Assembly: GCF_036365525.1 (NCBI RefSeq)
Contig: NC_090380.1
Span: forward strand, 22,889,271 to 22,953,270
Source: Heterodontus francisci
Taxonomy: Eukaryota
Reading direction: 5' to 3'
DNA: 64,000 nucleotides
Shown: positions 24,540 to 35,229 of the stretch, one piece after another
Position numbering within the stretch: the first letter of the stretch is position 1
Layout: each line of letters begins with the position of its first letter
Made by a program: the position numbers and the translations under genes
Notes under the pieces: model-generated
Databases searched by the model: none
Told to the model about the DNA's origin: nothing
What the model saw: only the letters and a program-made list of their open reading frames with translations

Positions 24540-26715
24540 TTTTTCTTTTTCTTTGGCCTCCTTGTCTCGAGAGACAATGGGTAAGCGCCTGGAGGTGGTC
24601 AGTGGTTTATGAAGCAGCGTCTGGAGTGGCTTTTAAGGCCAACTCCAGAGTGACAGACTTTTCCGCAGGTGCTGCAGATAAAATTGGTTGTCGGGGCTAT
24701 TACACAGTTGGCTCTCCCCTTGCGCTTCTGTCTTTTTTCCTGCCAACAGCTAAGTCTCTTCGACTCGCCACACTTTAGCCCCGCCTTTATGGCTGCCCGC
24801 CAGCTCTGGGGATCACTGGCAACTGACTCCCACGACTTGTGATCAATGTCACAGGACTTCATGTCGCGTTTGCAAACGTCTTTAAAGCGGAGACATGGAC
24901 GGTCGGTGAGTCTGATACCAGTGACGAGCTCGCTGTACAATGTGTCCTTGGGGATCCTGCCATCTTCCATGTGGCTCACATGGCCAAGCCATCTCAAGCG
25001 CCGCTGGCTCAGTAGGGGGTATATACTGGGGATGTTGGCCGCCTCGAGGACTTCTGTGTTGGAGATACGGTCCTGCCACCTGATGCCAAGGATTCTCTGG
25101 AGGCAGCGAAGATGGAATGAGTTGAGACGTCGCTCTTGGCTGACATACGTTGTCCAGGCCTCGCTGCCATAGAGCAAGGTACTGAGGACGCAGGCTTGAT
25201 ACACTCGGACTTTTGTGTTCCGTGTCAGTGCGCCATTTTCCCACACGCTCTTGGCCAGTCTGGACATAGCAATGGAAGCCTTTCCCATGTGCTTGTTGAT
25301 TTCTGCATCGAGAGACAGGTTACTGGTGATAGTTGAGCCTAGCTAGGTGAACTCTTGAACCACTTCCAGAGCATGGTCACCAATATTGATGGATGGAGCA
25401 TTTCTGACGTCCTGTTCCATGATGTTCGTTTTCTTGAGGCTGATGGTTAGGCCAAATTTGTTGCAGGCGGCCGCAATCCTGTCGATGAGTCTCTGCAGAT
25501 ACTCTTCAGTGTGAGATGTTAATGCAGCATCATCGGCAAAGAGGAGTTCCCTGATGAGGACTTTCCGTACTTTGGTCTTCGCTCTTAGACGGGCAAGGTT
25601 GAACAACCTGCCATCTGATCTTGTGTGGAGGAAAATTCCTTCTTCTGAAGACTTGAACGCATGTGAGAGCAGCAGGGAGAAGAAGATCCCAAACAGCGTA
25701 GGTGCGAGAACACAGCCCTGTTTCACGCCACTCAGGATGGGAAAGGGGTCTGATGAGACGCCGCTATGCTGAATTGTGCCTTTCATATTGTCATGGAATG
25801 AGGTGATGATACTGAGTAGCTTTGGTGGACATCCGATCTTTTCTAGTAGTCTGAAGAGATCACGTCTGCTGACGAGGTCAAAGGCTTTGGTGAGATCAAT
25901 GAAAGCAACGTAGAGGGGCATCTGTTGTTCACGGCATTTCTCCTGTAGTTGGCGAAGGGAGAACAGCATGTCAATGCTGGATCTCTCTGCTTGAAAGCCA
26001 CACTGTGCTTCAGGGTAGACACGCTCAGCCAGCTTCTGGAGCCTGTTTAAAACAACTCGAGCGAAGACTTTCCCCACTATGCTGAGCAGGGAGATTCCAC
26101 GGTAGTTGTTGCAGTCACCGCAGTCACCCTTGTTCTTATAGAGGGTGATGATATTGACATCGCACATGTCCTGTGGTACTGCTCCCTTGTCCCGCACAGG
26201 CAAAGCGTTCATGTAGTGCTGAAAGTATTGCAGGCTTGGCACTCTTGATTATTTCAGGGGTAATGCCGTCTTTCCCTGAGGCTTTTCCGCTGGCTAGGGA
26301 ATCAATGGCATCACTGAGTTCCTATTTTGTTGGGTACGTCCAGTTCATCCATGACTGGCAGAGACTGGGCTGCATTGAGGGCAGTCTCAGTGACAGCATT
26401 TTCCCTGGAGTACAGTTCTAGGTAGAGCTCCACCCAGCGGTCCATTTGCTTGCGTTGGTCAGTGATTGTGTCCCCTGATTTGGATTTGAGGTGGGGGCGA
26501 TCTTCTTGATGGTTGGCCCAAAAATTCTCTTAATGCCATCATACATTTCTGTGATGTTTCCGGTGTCAGAGGCCAGCTGAATATGACTGCATAGGTGTTG
26601 CCAGTAGTCATTTGTGCAGCACCTGACTGTTCTTTGTGCAGCATTTCTGGCTGCTTTAAATGCTGCGGATGTTAACTCGCTGGGGACTTGTAGTTCAACA
26701 GTGCAATGCGCTTCG
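24540..26715 (-). mobile_element. Young 5'-truncated RTE-clade LINE with a nearly intact RT
   Basis: ORFs 25343-26242 (NYRGISLLS, QCGF, FIDLTKAFD, GVKQGCVLAP, LLFADD) and 24599-25288 (LLYGSEAW, RLRWLGHV, C-terminal CxxC...H) are in one frame. They are separated by a single TAG in EFT*LGS. CpGs are retained. Confidence 0.93.
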
Positions 26716-26829
26716 CAGCTATTACAGGTTACAGCTCTTTAAAGTGAGATTTAGTAGAGGGTTATTCTATAGGATTGAGTGTTATGGAGGATTATTGAAT
26801 TGCCAACTGGTTTGCAAACACTCCAAACA

Positions 26830-27600
26830 TTTGTGGGAGCTGGATAGTGGTCTTGACACACTGGGACCTGACTCCAAGTGCAGCTCAGACTGATGTGATG
26901 AAAGTCTCCACCACTTGCTGGCTGCAAGGGCTTTATGTTGCTATGTGAGTTAAGTTTGTGTCACATCAACCTAATTCTCAATGGGACTATATATGGTTGC
27001 TAGCTCTGGTTGGACATATTCTTGGAAGTTTCATCTCACGACCTCCTGTCTCCAACCATCCTGCCCGAACGATCCCGCCATTGGTCACTTGACAAGTCCA
27101 TCCTAGCAATGCACTGCCTTCCCTCGCCAGTCAGAAAGCAAACAGGCTCTGAGTGACATGATTGACTTTTGGGCATCATCCAATCAAACAGCCTTTTTAT
27201 CTCATAACCCATACTTTTATAATTAATAAACAAAGGAAAATTAAACAAAAATCACACGCAGTGCTATTTTTCACCTGGGTGTTTCTTGCATCAAATTCCT
27301 GGAGATTAATGTTTAATTCCTGGAGATTCTAGGGCAATTCTGGAAGGTTTGCAATCCTTCAGCTCGAATCTACACTAAATTAGGCAGCAATTCATTCAGG
27401 GAAGTCAGAGATCAGCTGGTATGGGACAAATGTCATATTGGTGCAGTAAGTGGGGTGCTCTTCTGGGGTTTGTCTAAGGCACAATGTTCGGGTGGAGTAG
27501 AAGGAGCTTCTGGGCATCTGGTTGAGCTGTACCTGACATGGGAGTGCTTGATATTTCCTGGGTTCCTGAATATCAGAAGAATTCCATTCCTCAACACTGG
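26830..27600 (+). mobile_element. LF-SINE-like element interrupted by a hAT MITE
   Basis: cagctcagactgatgtgatgaaagtc...tggctg (26880-26990) and aaggcacaatg...gagctgtacctg (27360-27540) resemble the 5' and 3' halves of the LF-SINE consensus as recalled. Confidence 0.5.
26992..27359. mobile_element. Old hAT-type MITE (TAGGGTTGCCAAC-like termini)
   Basis: Degenerate inverted termini tatggttgctagctctgg ... ctggaaggtttgcaatcct. Subterminal ttcctggaga repeats. Confidence 0.55.
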
Positions 27601-27929
27601 AACGCACCTCAAGACAGTTCACCTGCAGGTAGTAATTAGGGTTCTCAGTGTTACCCCACAATAAAGTAGTTCTATGTAAAAGTATACTTATAATTCTGTT
27701 TTTTTTTCCATTTGTAACATCTTAACAAATGACAGTGGCATTAATCTTTTTACCCACCATTTTGTATTTTAATAAATTTAAACCTCCTGTCCAAACCTTT
27801 TAAAGTTTATAATATGTTAATGTATTTCTGAAATATTCCCCAAGCTGTCAACTGCTGGATAAAAAAATTCAGTGCATGCTGTTTTCTTGTCGATTCTTGT
27901 AATTCATGGACACGCTCTCTCTCTGCCAG

Positions 27930-28032
27930 GTACACACTGCCTGCAAGGAACTGTATCCCCGAAAATGTCCTCTGGGCCAGTGCAAAGTGTCCATCATTCC
28001 TCCCACTGCACTAAATAGCATTGATTCTGATG
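27930..28032 (+). CDS. DGKH: DGK-eta-like exon: end of C1B domain
   Basis: ctctgccag|GTA...GATG|gtatgt. Encodes [34 protein letters not shown](G). 103 nt, phase 0 to 1. Confidence 0.93.
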
Positions 28033-28409
28033 GTATGTAACGACATTGACAAGACCCATTGCCTTTACTTGGCTTCTGCTTGTCAATTAGCATCATGTGG
28101 TATGAATCTACTTTCTAGTTCTAGTTTCTTGATATTGCTTTTCACTGAATGTTGATTCTGTGCAAAATTTTACTGAGCGTTTATATGTCAAATCAGTGGA
28201 TTTGAATCTTGTCTTTAAGGATGATTAATATTCAGTTTAGTAATGCAGTAATTGGGTTCAAGATGTTTAAAAGATTTAATAGGGTAGATGGAGAGAAACT
28301 ACTTCCTGTGTTTGGGGGAGTCCAGAACAAAGGGACATAACTTTAAATTTAGAGCTAGGCCATTCCAGGATGATTACAAAAGTATTCCAGTGATTGTATT
28401 GTCAGAATG

Positions 28410-29540
28410 TATTCCTTGATTTTAAAATTCTCATTTTTATTCTCCATGGCCTCACCTTTCCTTATCTCTGTAGCCTCCTACCATCCTACAAATGCCCTCC
28501 TCGCCGAGATCTCTGCATTCCTCCAATTCTGGCCTCTTGTGTACCCCCAGTTTTCATTGCTCCACCAATGGCAGCAGTGCCTCTGGCTGCCTAGGCCCTA
28601 AGCTCTGGAATTCCCTCCCTAAACCTTTCAACAATAACTTATGTCTATGTCGCACCTTTAACATAGTAAAATGTCCCAAGGGACTTTGCAGGAGGATTAC
28701 CAGACAGATTCGGACAGATGACCAAAAGCTCTGTTCTGACTTGAAACATTAACTCTGTTTCATTCTCCACAGATACTGTCAGACCTACTGAGTATTTCCA
28801 GCATTTTTTGTTTTTATTTCAGATTCCCAGCACCTGCGGTATTTTGCTTTTGACCAAAAGCTTTGTCAAAGAGATGGTTTCAAGGAGAGAAGAGAGGCAG
28901 AAAGGTTTAGGGAGGGAATTCCAGAACTTAGGGCAGTGGCAGCTGAAGGCATGGCCACTAATTGTGGAGCAATTAAAATTGGGCTGCTCAAGAAATCAGA
29001 ACTGGAGTAATGCAGATATCTCAGAGGGTTACGGGGGCTGGAGGAGATTACAGAGATAGGGAGAGGTGATCCCATGGAGGGATTTGAAAACAAGAATGAG
29101 GATTTTAAAATTAAGGCTTTGCCTAACTGGGAGCCAACGTAGGTCAGCAAGCACAGGGATGATGGACGAACGGGACTTGGTGCAAGTTAGGAGATGAGCA
29201 GCAGAGTTTTGGATGATCTCAAGTTTATGGAGAGTGGAACATTGGAGGCCGACCAGGAGTTTGTTGGAATAATGTCTAGAAGCAACAAAGGCATGAATGA
29301 GAGCTTCAGCAGCTGATGAGCTGAGGCAGGGGCGGAGTTGGGCGCCTCTCTACCTCTCACTCCTCCTTTTAAGATGCACCTTAAAAGCTACCTCTTTGTC
29401 ATCCTTTTGGTCATCTGTCCTAATATCTCCTTATGTGCTCGTTCTCAAATTTTCAATGATTATGCTCCTTTGAAGTGCCCTGGAACATTTTACAATCTTA
29501 TTTTTGCTATTTAAATACAAGTTATTGGTATTGCTGTTGC
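28410..29540 (+). mobile_element. L2 3' end interrupted by an antisense L2 (28630-29345)
   Basis: The plus-strand L2 breaks at ccctaaacctttc and resumes at gcctctctacctctc. The intervening sequence is the reverse complement of an L2 3' end. Confidence 0.78.
28731..28850 (+). mobile_element. Short Penelope-like terminal-repeat insertion with a perfect 12-bp TSD
   Basis: TSD tgaccaaaagct at 28719-28730 and 28851-28862. Begins at a hammerhead remnant gttctgac..gaaacattaact with stem II deleted. Confidence 0.75.
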
Positions 29541-30229
29541 ACTCTGTGCTGTCCTGGGACAGTTCTATTTTTGATGACTACATTCTATGTGCTGTTTCTA
29601 TTTTTAATGCTCGAGTCCCAGTGTGCTCAATCATTCTTTCAAAGTCAATAGGCTGAAGTGTTCTTCCAGATGTAAATAGTTGCATGGTATGTCTGTGCCC
29701 CATATTCTGGTCAGACATGGCTAATTTTCCTTAACGGCCCTCGCATGTGCCCTTTTCAGTTTGAATTAAATAATGAGAAACTGAACACTGTGAAGCTTTG
29801 CAAATTAAATGAATGATGACAGTGCCTATTTGAGGATTTGCTGGCTGCATGCTGAGGCGTGAATCTACTCTTTGAAGTATAGTGGCCTGAATTTACTCTG
29901 CTGAAAGGCATTGTTTTCTCAGCCTTTACTTGGGCAGCTTTGAGCTGCTGACCATCATTAAAAGAAGGCCAACTAGTGTTGAGTGTTGCCCCAATTCATC
30001 AGGGATTCCACATACACAGCCTCTGCAGTACTGTCAACCTGATGTAAGATAAAAGACAGCAGCAATGTTTAAAGAGTATTTAAAGGACTTGTGTTTGTAT
30101 AGTGCCTTTCACATCCTCACAGCAGCACTAGGCATTTCACAGTCAAGGAAATACTTCTGAAGTGTAGTTACTATTGCAATGTAGGGAATGTGGCAGCCAC
30201 TTTTCACACAGCAAGCTCCTACAAACAAC

Positions 30230-31820
30230 ATAGAAATATAGAAAATAGGAGCAGGAGTAGGCTATTCGGCCCTTCGAGCCTGCTGCGCCATTCATTATGA
30301 TCATGGCTGATCATCCAACTCAGTAACCTGTTCCTGCTTTCTCCCCATACCCTTTGATCCCTTTAGACCCAAGAGCTATATCTAACTCCTTCTTGAAAAC
30401 ATACAATGTTTTGGCCTCAACTGCTTTCTGTGGTAGCGAATTCCACAGGCTCACCACTCTCTGGGTGAAGAAATTTCTCCTCATCTCAGTCCTGAAAGGT
30501 TTACTCCCTATCCTTAGACTATGACCCCTGGTTCTGGACTCCCCCACCATCGGGAACATCCTTCCTGCATCTACCCTGTCAAGTCCTGTTAGAATTTTGT
30601 AGGTTTCTATGAGATTTCCCCCCCCACCCCCACTCTTCTGCGCTCCAGCAAATATAATCCTAACCGACTCAATCTCTCCTCAGACGTCAGTCCTGCCATC
30701 CCAGGAATCAGTCTGGTAAACCTTCGCTGCACTCCCTCTATAGCATGAACATCCTTCCTCAGATAAGGAGACCAAAACTGCACACAATATTGCAGGTGTG
30801 GCCTCACTAAGGCCCTGTATAATTGCAGCAAGACATCCCTGCTCCTGTACTCGAATCCTCTCGCTATGAAAGCCAACATACCATTTGCCTTTTTTACCGC
30901 CTGTTGGACTTGCACGCTTACCTTCAGTGACTGGTGTGCGAGAACACCGAGGTCTCGCTGCATATTCCCCTCTCTCAGTTTATAGCCGTTCAGATAATCT
31001 GCCTTTTTCTGCTACCAAAGTGGATAACCTCACATTTATCCACATTATACTGCATCTGCCATGCATTAGCCCACTCACTCAACTTGTCCAAGTAACCCTG
31101 AAGCCTCTCTGCATCCTCCTCACAACTCACCCTCTCACCCAGTTTTGTGTCATCTGCAAATTTGGAGATATTACATTTAGTTGCCTCATCTAAATCATTA
31201 ATGTATATTGTGAATAGCTGGGGTCCTAGCACCGATCCCTGCGGTACCCCACTAGTCACTGCCTGCCATTCGGAAAAAGACCCATTTATCCCTACTCTTT
31301 GTTTCCTGTCCGCCAACCAATTTTCTATCCATTGCAATACACTACCCCCAATCCCATGCGCTTTAATTTTACACACTAATCTCGTATGTGGGACTTTGTC
31401 GAAAACTTTCTGAAAGTCCAAATAAATCACATCCACTGGCTCCCCCTCATCAACTATACTCGTTACCTCCTTGAAGAATTCTAGTAGATTTGTCAAGCAT
31501 GATTTCCCTTCCGTAAATCCATGCTGACTCTGTCTGATTCTACCACTATTCTCTAAGTGCTCTGCTATAAAATCTTTGATAATGGGCTCCAGAATTTTCC
31601 CCACTACCAATGTCAGGCTGACTAGTCTATAATTCCCTGCTTTCTCTCTACCTCCCTTTTTAAATAGTGGGGTTACATTAGCCACCCTGCAATCTGTAGG
31701 AACTGTTCCAGAGTCTATAGAATCTTGGAAGCTGACCACCAATGCATCCACTATTTCTCGGCCCACTTAAGTACTCTGGGATGCAAACCATCAGGCCTAG
31801 GGGATTTATCGGCCTTCAAT
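30230..31820 (-). mobile_element. Relatively young CR1 LINE, RT and 3' UTR
   Basis: 258-aa RT ORF 30990-31766 (QHGF, LDFQKVFDKV, GVPQGSVLGP, KFADD) plus C-terminal ORFs 30607 and 30320. Confidence 0.93.
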
Positions 31821-32708
31821 ATAGGATATGAATAAACAGAGCAATGCTTATGATCGGATTCACTTATTTCAATCAGTGCAATATATGCTTACATTATACA
31901 AAATAATGAACATGCCTTGCTTCCCCACATTGCTTGACATAAACAACATAATTTCTAACTTTTTAAAAATTTATTTTAACGAAGGAGGCAATCCTGACCA
32001 TTTCTAGTTCCCCTGAAAAGATAATGGACCTTCTTTATGAGCCACTGTAGCTCCCACAGTGGTTTTGGAGTAGGGATTTCAGGATTATAACCCAGGGAAG
32101 ATGAAGTAACAGTGACATACGTCCAATGCAGGATAGTGTGTGACTTTGTTGTTCTTGTCTTTCTGTGAAGTGGATGATCACAGGGGAGGGAGTGTTGTCA
32201 AAGTAGCTTTGGCGAGCTGCTGCAGTCCATCATATTGATCATACATACTGCAGCCATGCTTGGATCTTCGAATTGCACAGTGCTATAGGCAAAACTATGA
32301 ATAAAAGAAGCGTTCAGCAAAGCCAGGGTAGAGTCACACTGAATGGAAATTGGATCAGGAAATCAGACATGGAGAACATTGCTCTTGACTTACTAGTCAG
32401 TCAGTCAGGAAATTCGGTGCACTGAATTGCATGTCTGATTCTCCAATGTGCTGCCATCAGGCTGGGCTTTAGCCTGGTGGATTTGCCCTAAAGTGCCAAC
32501 TTCATAATTAACTTTTTTGGCAACACATGACAATAAATATAAGGAGCTTCTCTGTTGCCTTTAACAAGTTTCATATAACTATTTCATGCATCTGTACCAA
32601 ATGTCAGCTTGGCTGATTTGGGAGCACACTTGCCTCTAACTCAAAGTTGTAGTTTCAGTCCCCACGCCATCATCTTGGCTGACTCATTACAGATTTTGGG
32701 TTTGCCTT

Positions 32709-33040
32709 CACAGTGGCACAGTGGTTAGCACCGCAGCCTCACCGCTCCAGCGACCCGGGTTCAGTTCTGGGTACTGCCTGTGCGGAGTTTGCAAGTTCTC
32801 CCTGTGACCGCGTGGGTTTCCGCCAAGTGCTCTGGTTTCCTCCCACAGCCAAAGACTTGCAGGTTGATAGGTAAATTGGCCATTGTAAATTGCCCCTAGC
32901 GTAGGTGGAAGGAGAATGGTGGGGATGTGGTAGAGAATATGGGATTAATGTAGGATTAGTATAAATGGGTGGCTGTTGGTCGGCACAGACTCGGTGGGCC
33001 AAAGGGCCTGTTTCAGTGCTGTATCTCTAAATAAGTAAAT
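32709..33040 (+). mobile_element. V-SINE (HE1-like)
   Basis: Third copy of the family. Ends in a (taaa)-type tail. Confidence 0.88.
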
Positions 33041-33429
33041 ATTCTTAAGAGTTTCACTGATTTCTTCCCTAAGCAAATCTACACCCTCACAATTAAAGGT
33101 TGACTTTTGCTACCCAGTACCTTACAATGATATAATGTGAAACAAAATCATGATCCTCCTATATGCCCGTTTGAACACTTCACGAATCTTCCAAAAGGTG
33201 AACTGATTAATCCTTCAGTGAGACAAACTGGATACCAATCACTACACTGCTTTATTTTACAGGCAACAAGTAAACAACAACTTATGTTTATACAGCACCT
33301 TTAACTTAATAAAATGTCTCAAGGCTCTTCACAGGAGCATTTTAAAACAAAATATGACACCGAGCCACATAATGAAATGTTAGATCAGATGATCAAAAGC
33401 TTGATAGGTTTTAAGGAGCCTCTTAAAGG

Positions 33430-33990
33430 GGAGAGAGATCAAGAGAGGGGAGCGATTGGGGAGACAGAGAGAGAGAGAGAGTGGGGGGAAGAGAGAGGAA
33501 CACAGGAGGGGAGAAAGGGGTTAGAGAGATAGAAAGAGAGAGGAACATGGGATGAAGAGAGGAGGGAGCGAGAGAGGGACATGGGAGAGAGAGAGAGTGG
33601 GGGAAGAGAGGGACGCAGAGTGGGGGGTAGAGAGAGAGCAAGCGATGATAGAGAGGGACACAAAGGGGGGAGAGAGATAGAGGGGCGAGACAGATGAGAG
33701 GGGAGCGAGACCATGGAGTGAGACCGAGGGGAAGAGAGAAGGGAGAGAGAGATGGGGAGAGAGATGGACACAGAGGAAAGGGGGGAGAGAGGGGGACACG
33801 GGGAAAAGAGAAAGAGGGAAGAAGGATGGACACAGAGAAGGGAGACAGAGAGAGAGAGGGCAGAAGGATGGACAGAAAAGGGATTGAGAGAGGGGAGAGT
33901 TAGGGAAGGGAAGAGAAAGGAACTCAGTGGCAAGAGAGAGAGGGGAGAGGGATGGACATAGATGGAGCAAAAGAGAGAGGGGAGAGAAAG
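33430..33990. repeat. GA-rich polypurine low-complexity tract
   Basis: About 560 bp, almost entirely G and A on the + strand. Confidence 0.93.
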
Positions 33991-34178
33991 AGATTAAGAT
34001 CACTCCTGATAGATAGATATCTATCTGAACTCTCTGCATCACTGCATCAAGTGTGCGGGCAGACATTGACTACTTGTGCAAGCAAAAACAATGCCAGGTA
34101 TCCCACCAAAAAGGGAGAAATGTGTTTTAAGTTGGACTGTGTTTTGATGGCATTCGGTTGACTATACACTTTATATAC
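33430..34178 (-). mobile_element. Antisense copy of the hAT element at 17999-18724
   Basis: 33990-34178 is the reverse complement of about 18080-18270 (for example cagacattgactacttgtgcaagc versus gcttgcacaagtagtcaatgtctg). Confidence 0.75.
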
Positions 34179-35214
34179 TGTTACAGAAGTACTTCTTTTT
34201 TTGTTAGTTTTGAGGACTTGTGTTTTATTTGGGAAAACCGAAAAGTAATTTTTTTTCACTGGGGTCATTGAAAGGACTGAGAGGTCTTGTTTGCAAATAT
34301 GTACTGGAACATACAAACATACGAAGTCACCTGTCTTCAGGTAATTACCTAGCAGGGGCTTCCTTTGACTTGGAGGAGATGTTTACAGAGAAGTGACAGG
34401 TCAAGATTTATTGGAGTCAGGAAGCTCTACTCTTGAGATATTGTTTTTGGTTTTGCTTTGGACAGTCAGTTGGGGTTTGGACAATGTTCTGAAAGGAGTT
34501 TAAGAATCAACCTGAAGGACAAAACCCCAGCTCAGCCTGTTCCATCTCTTTGAAAAGCCTGTCAGTTTTTTCCATCTCTTTGACAAGCTCTTTGAAGCGA
34601 GTGTAAGCAACAGAGAAATTGATGCTGCATTCCTCCTGAAAGGCCTGCTTGAAACCCCTGTTGCAAAATTTCTTCTGAGACATTGGAAAAATCTGCTGGA
34701 TAAATCCTTGGCGCCACCTGAACAAATTGCTCCAGAGAGAGTCGCAGTGACAGTTGTCTACGCGTATTTGGGACGCCAAACCAAAAAAGGGACAGCTGAC
34801 ATCTTTCCGTATTTTTTTTCTTCAAGAATTAGCAAGTATTTGGCCAAAGTATTCTTTTTTGTTTTTTTTGTAACAGAGCTCTTAAAATGAAAATCTCCAT
34901 TTTTTCCACTTAACCTCTGTGTGTGTGTGTGTGTTTGTGTGTGTTTGTGTGTGTGTGTGTGTGGCCAAGGTAAAAGGGAACTTTCATATTGCAATTTGTG
35001 TGTTAATGCTTTGCTTCGTTACTGGTTATGTCTTGTTTTATAATAAACTGATAATTTTGTTGTTTATTAAAGAAACCTGGTTGGTGTATTTTATTCTGGG
35101 ATAAAGAGTAGAGTCTATGATTGACCATATCGGTAACTGGGCAAACATTTGTTGTGTCCTGTGGAGAAGTGGAACTACAAAAGATAATGCACTCCTCCCA
35201 TCCCTGGTGCAACA
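34179..35214 (+). mobile_element. LTR of an LTR retroelement (about 1.04 kb)
   Basis: TGTT...AACA termini, AATAAA at 35042 and an internal (GT)n at about 34918-34962. A second homologous copy lies at 55431-56129. Confidence 0.7.
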
Positions 35215-35229
35215 TGTTGGCGTCTATCC

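Noticed and set aside
33423-34066. Long Ser/Leu/Pro- and Arg/Glu/Gly-rich ORFs
   Set aside because: They are by-products of the stop-poor GA low-complexity tract.
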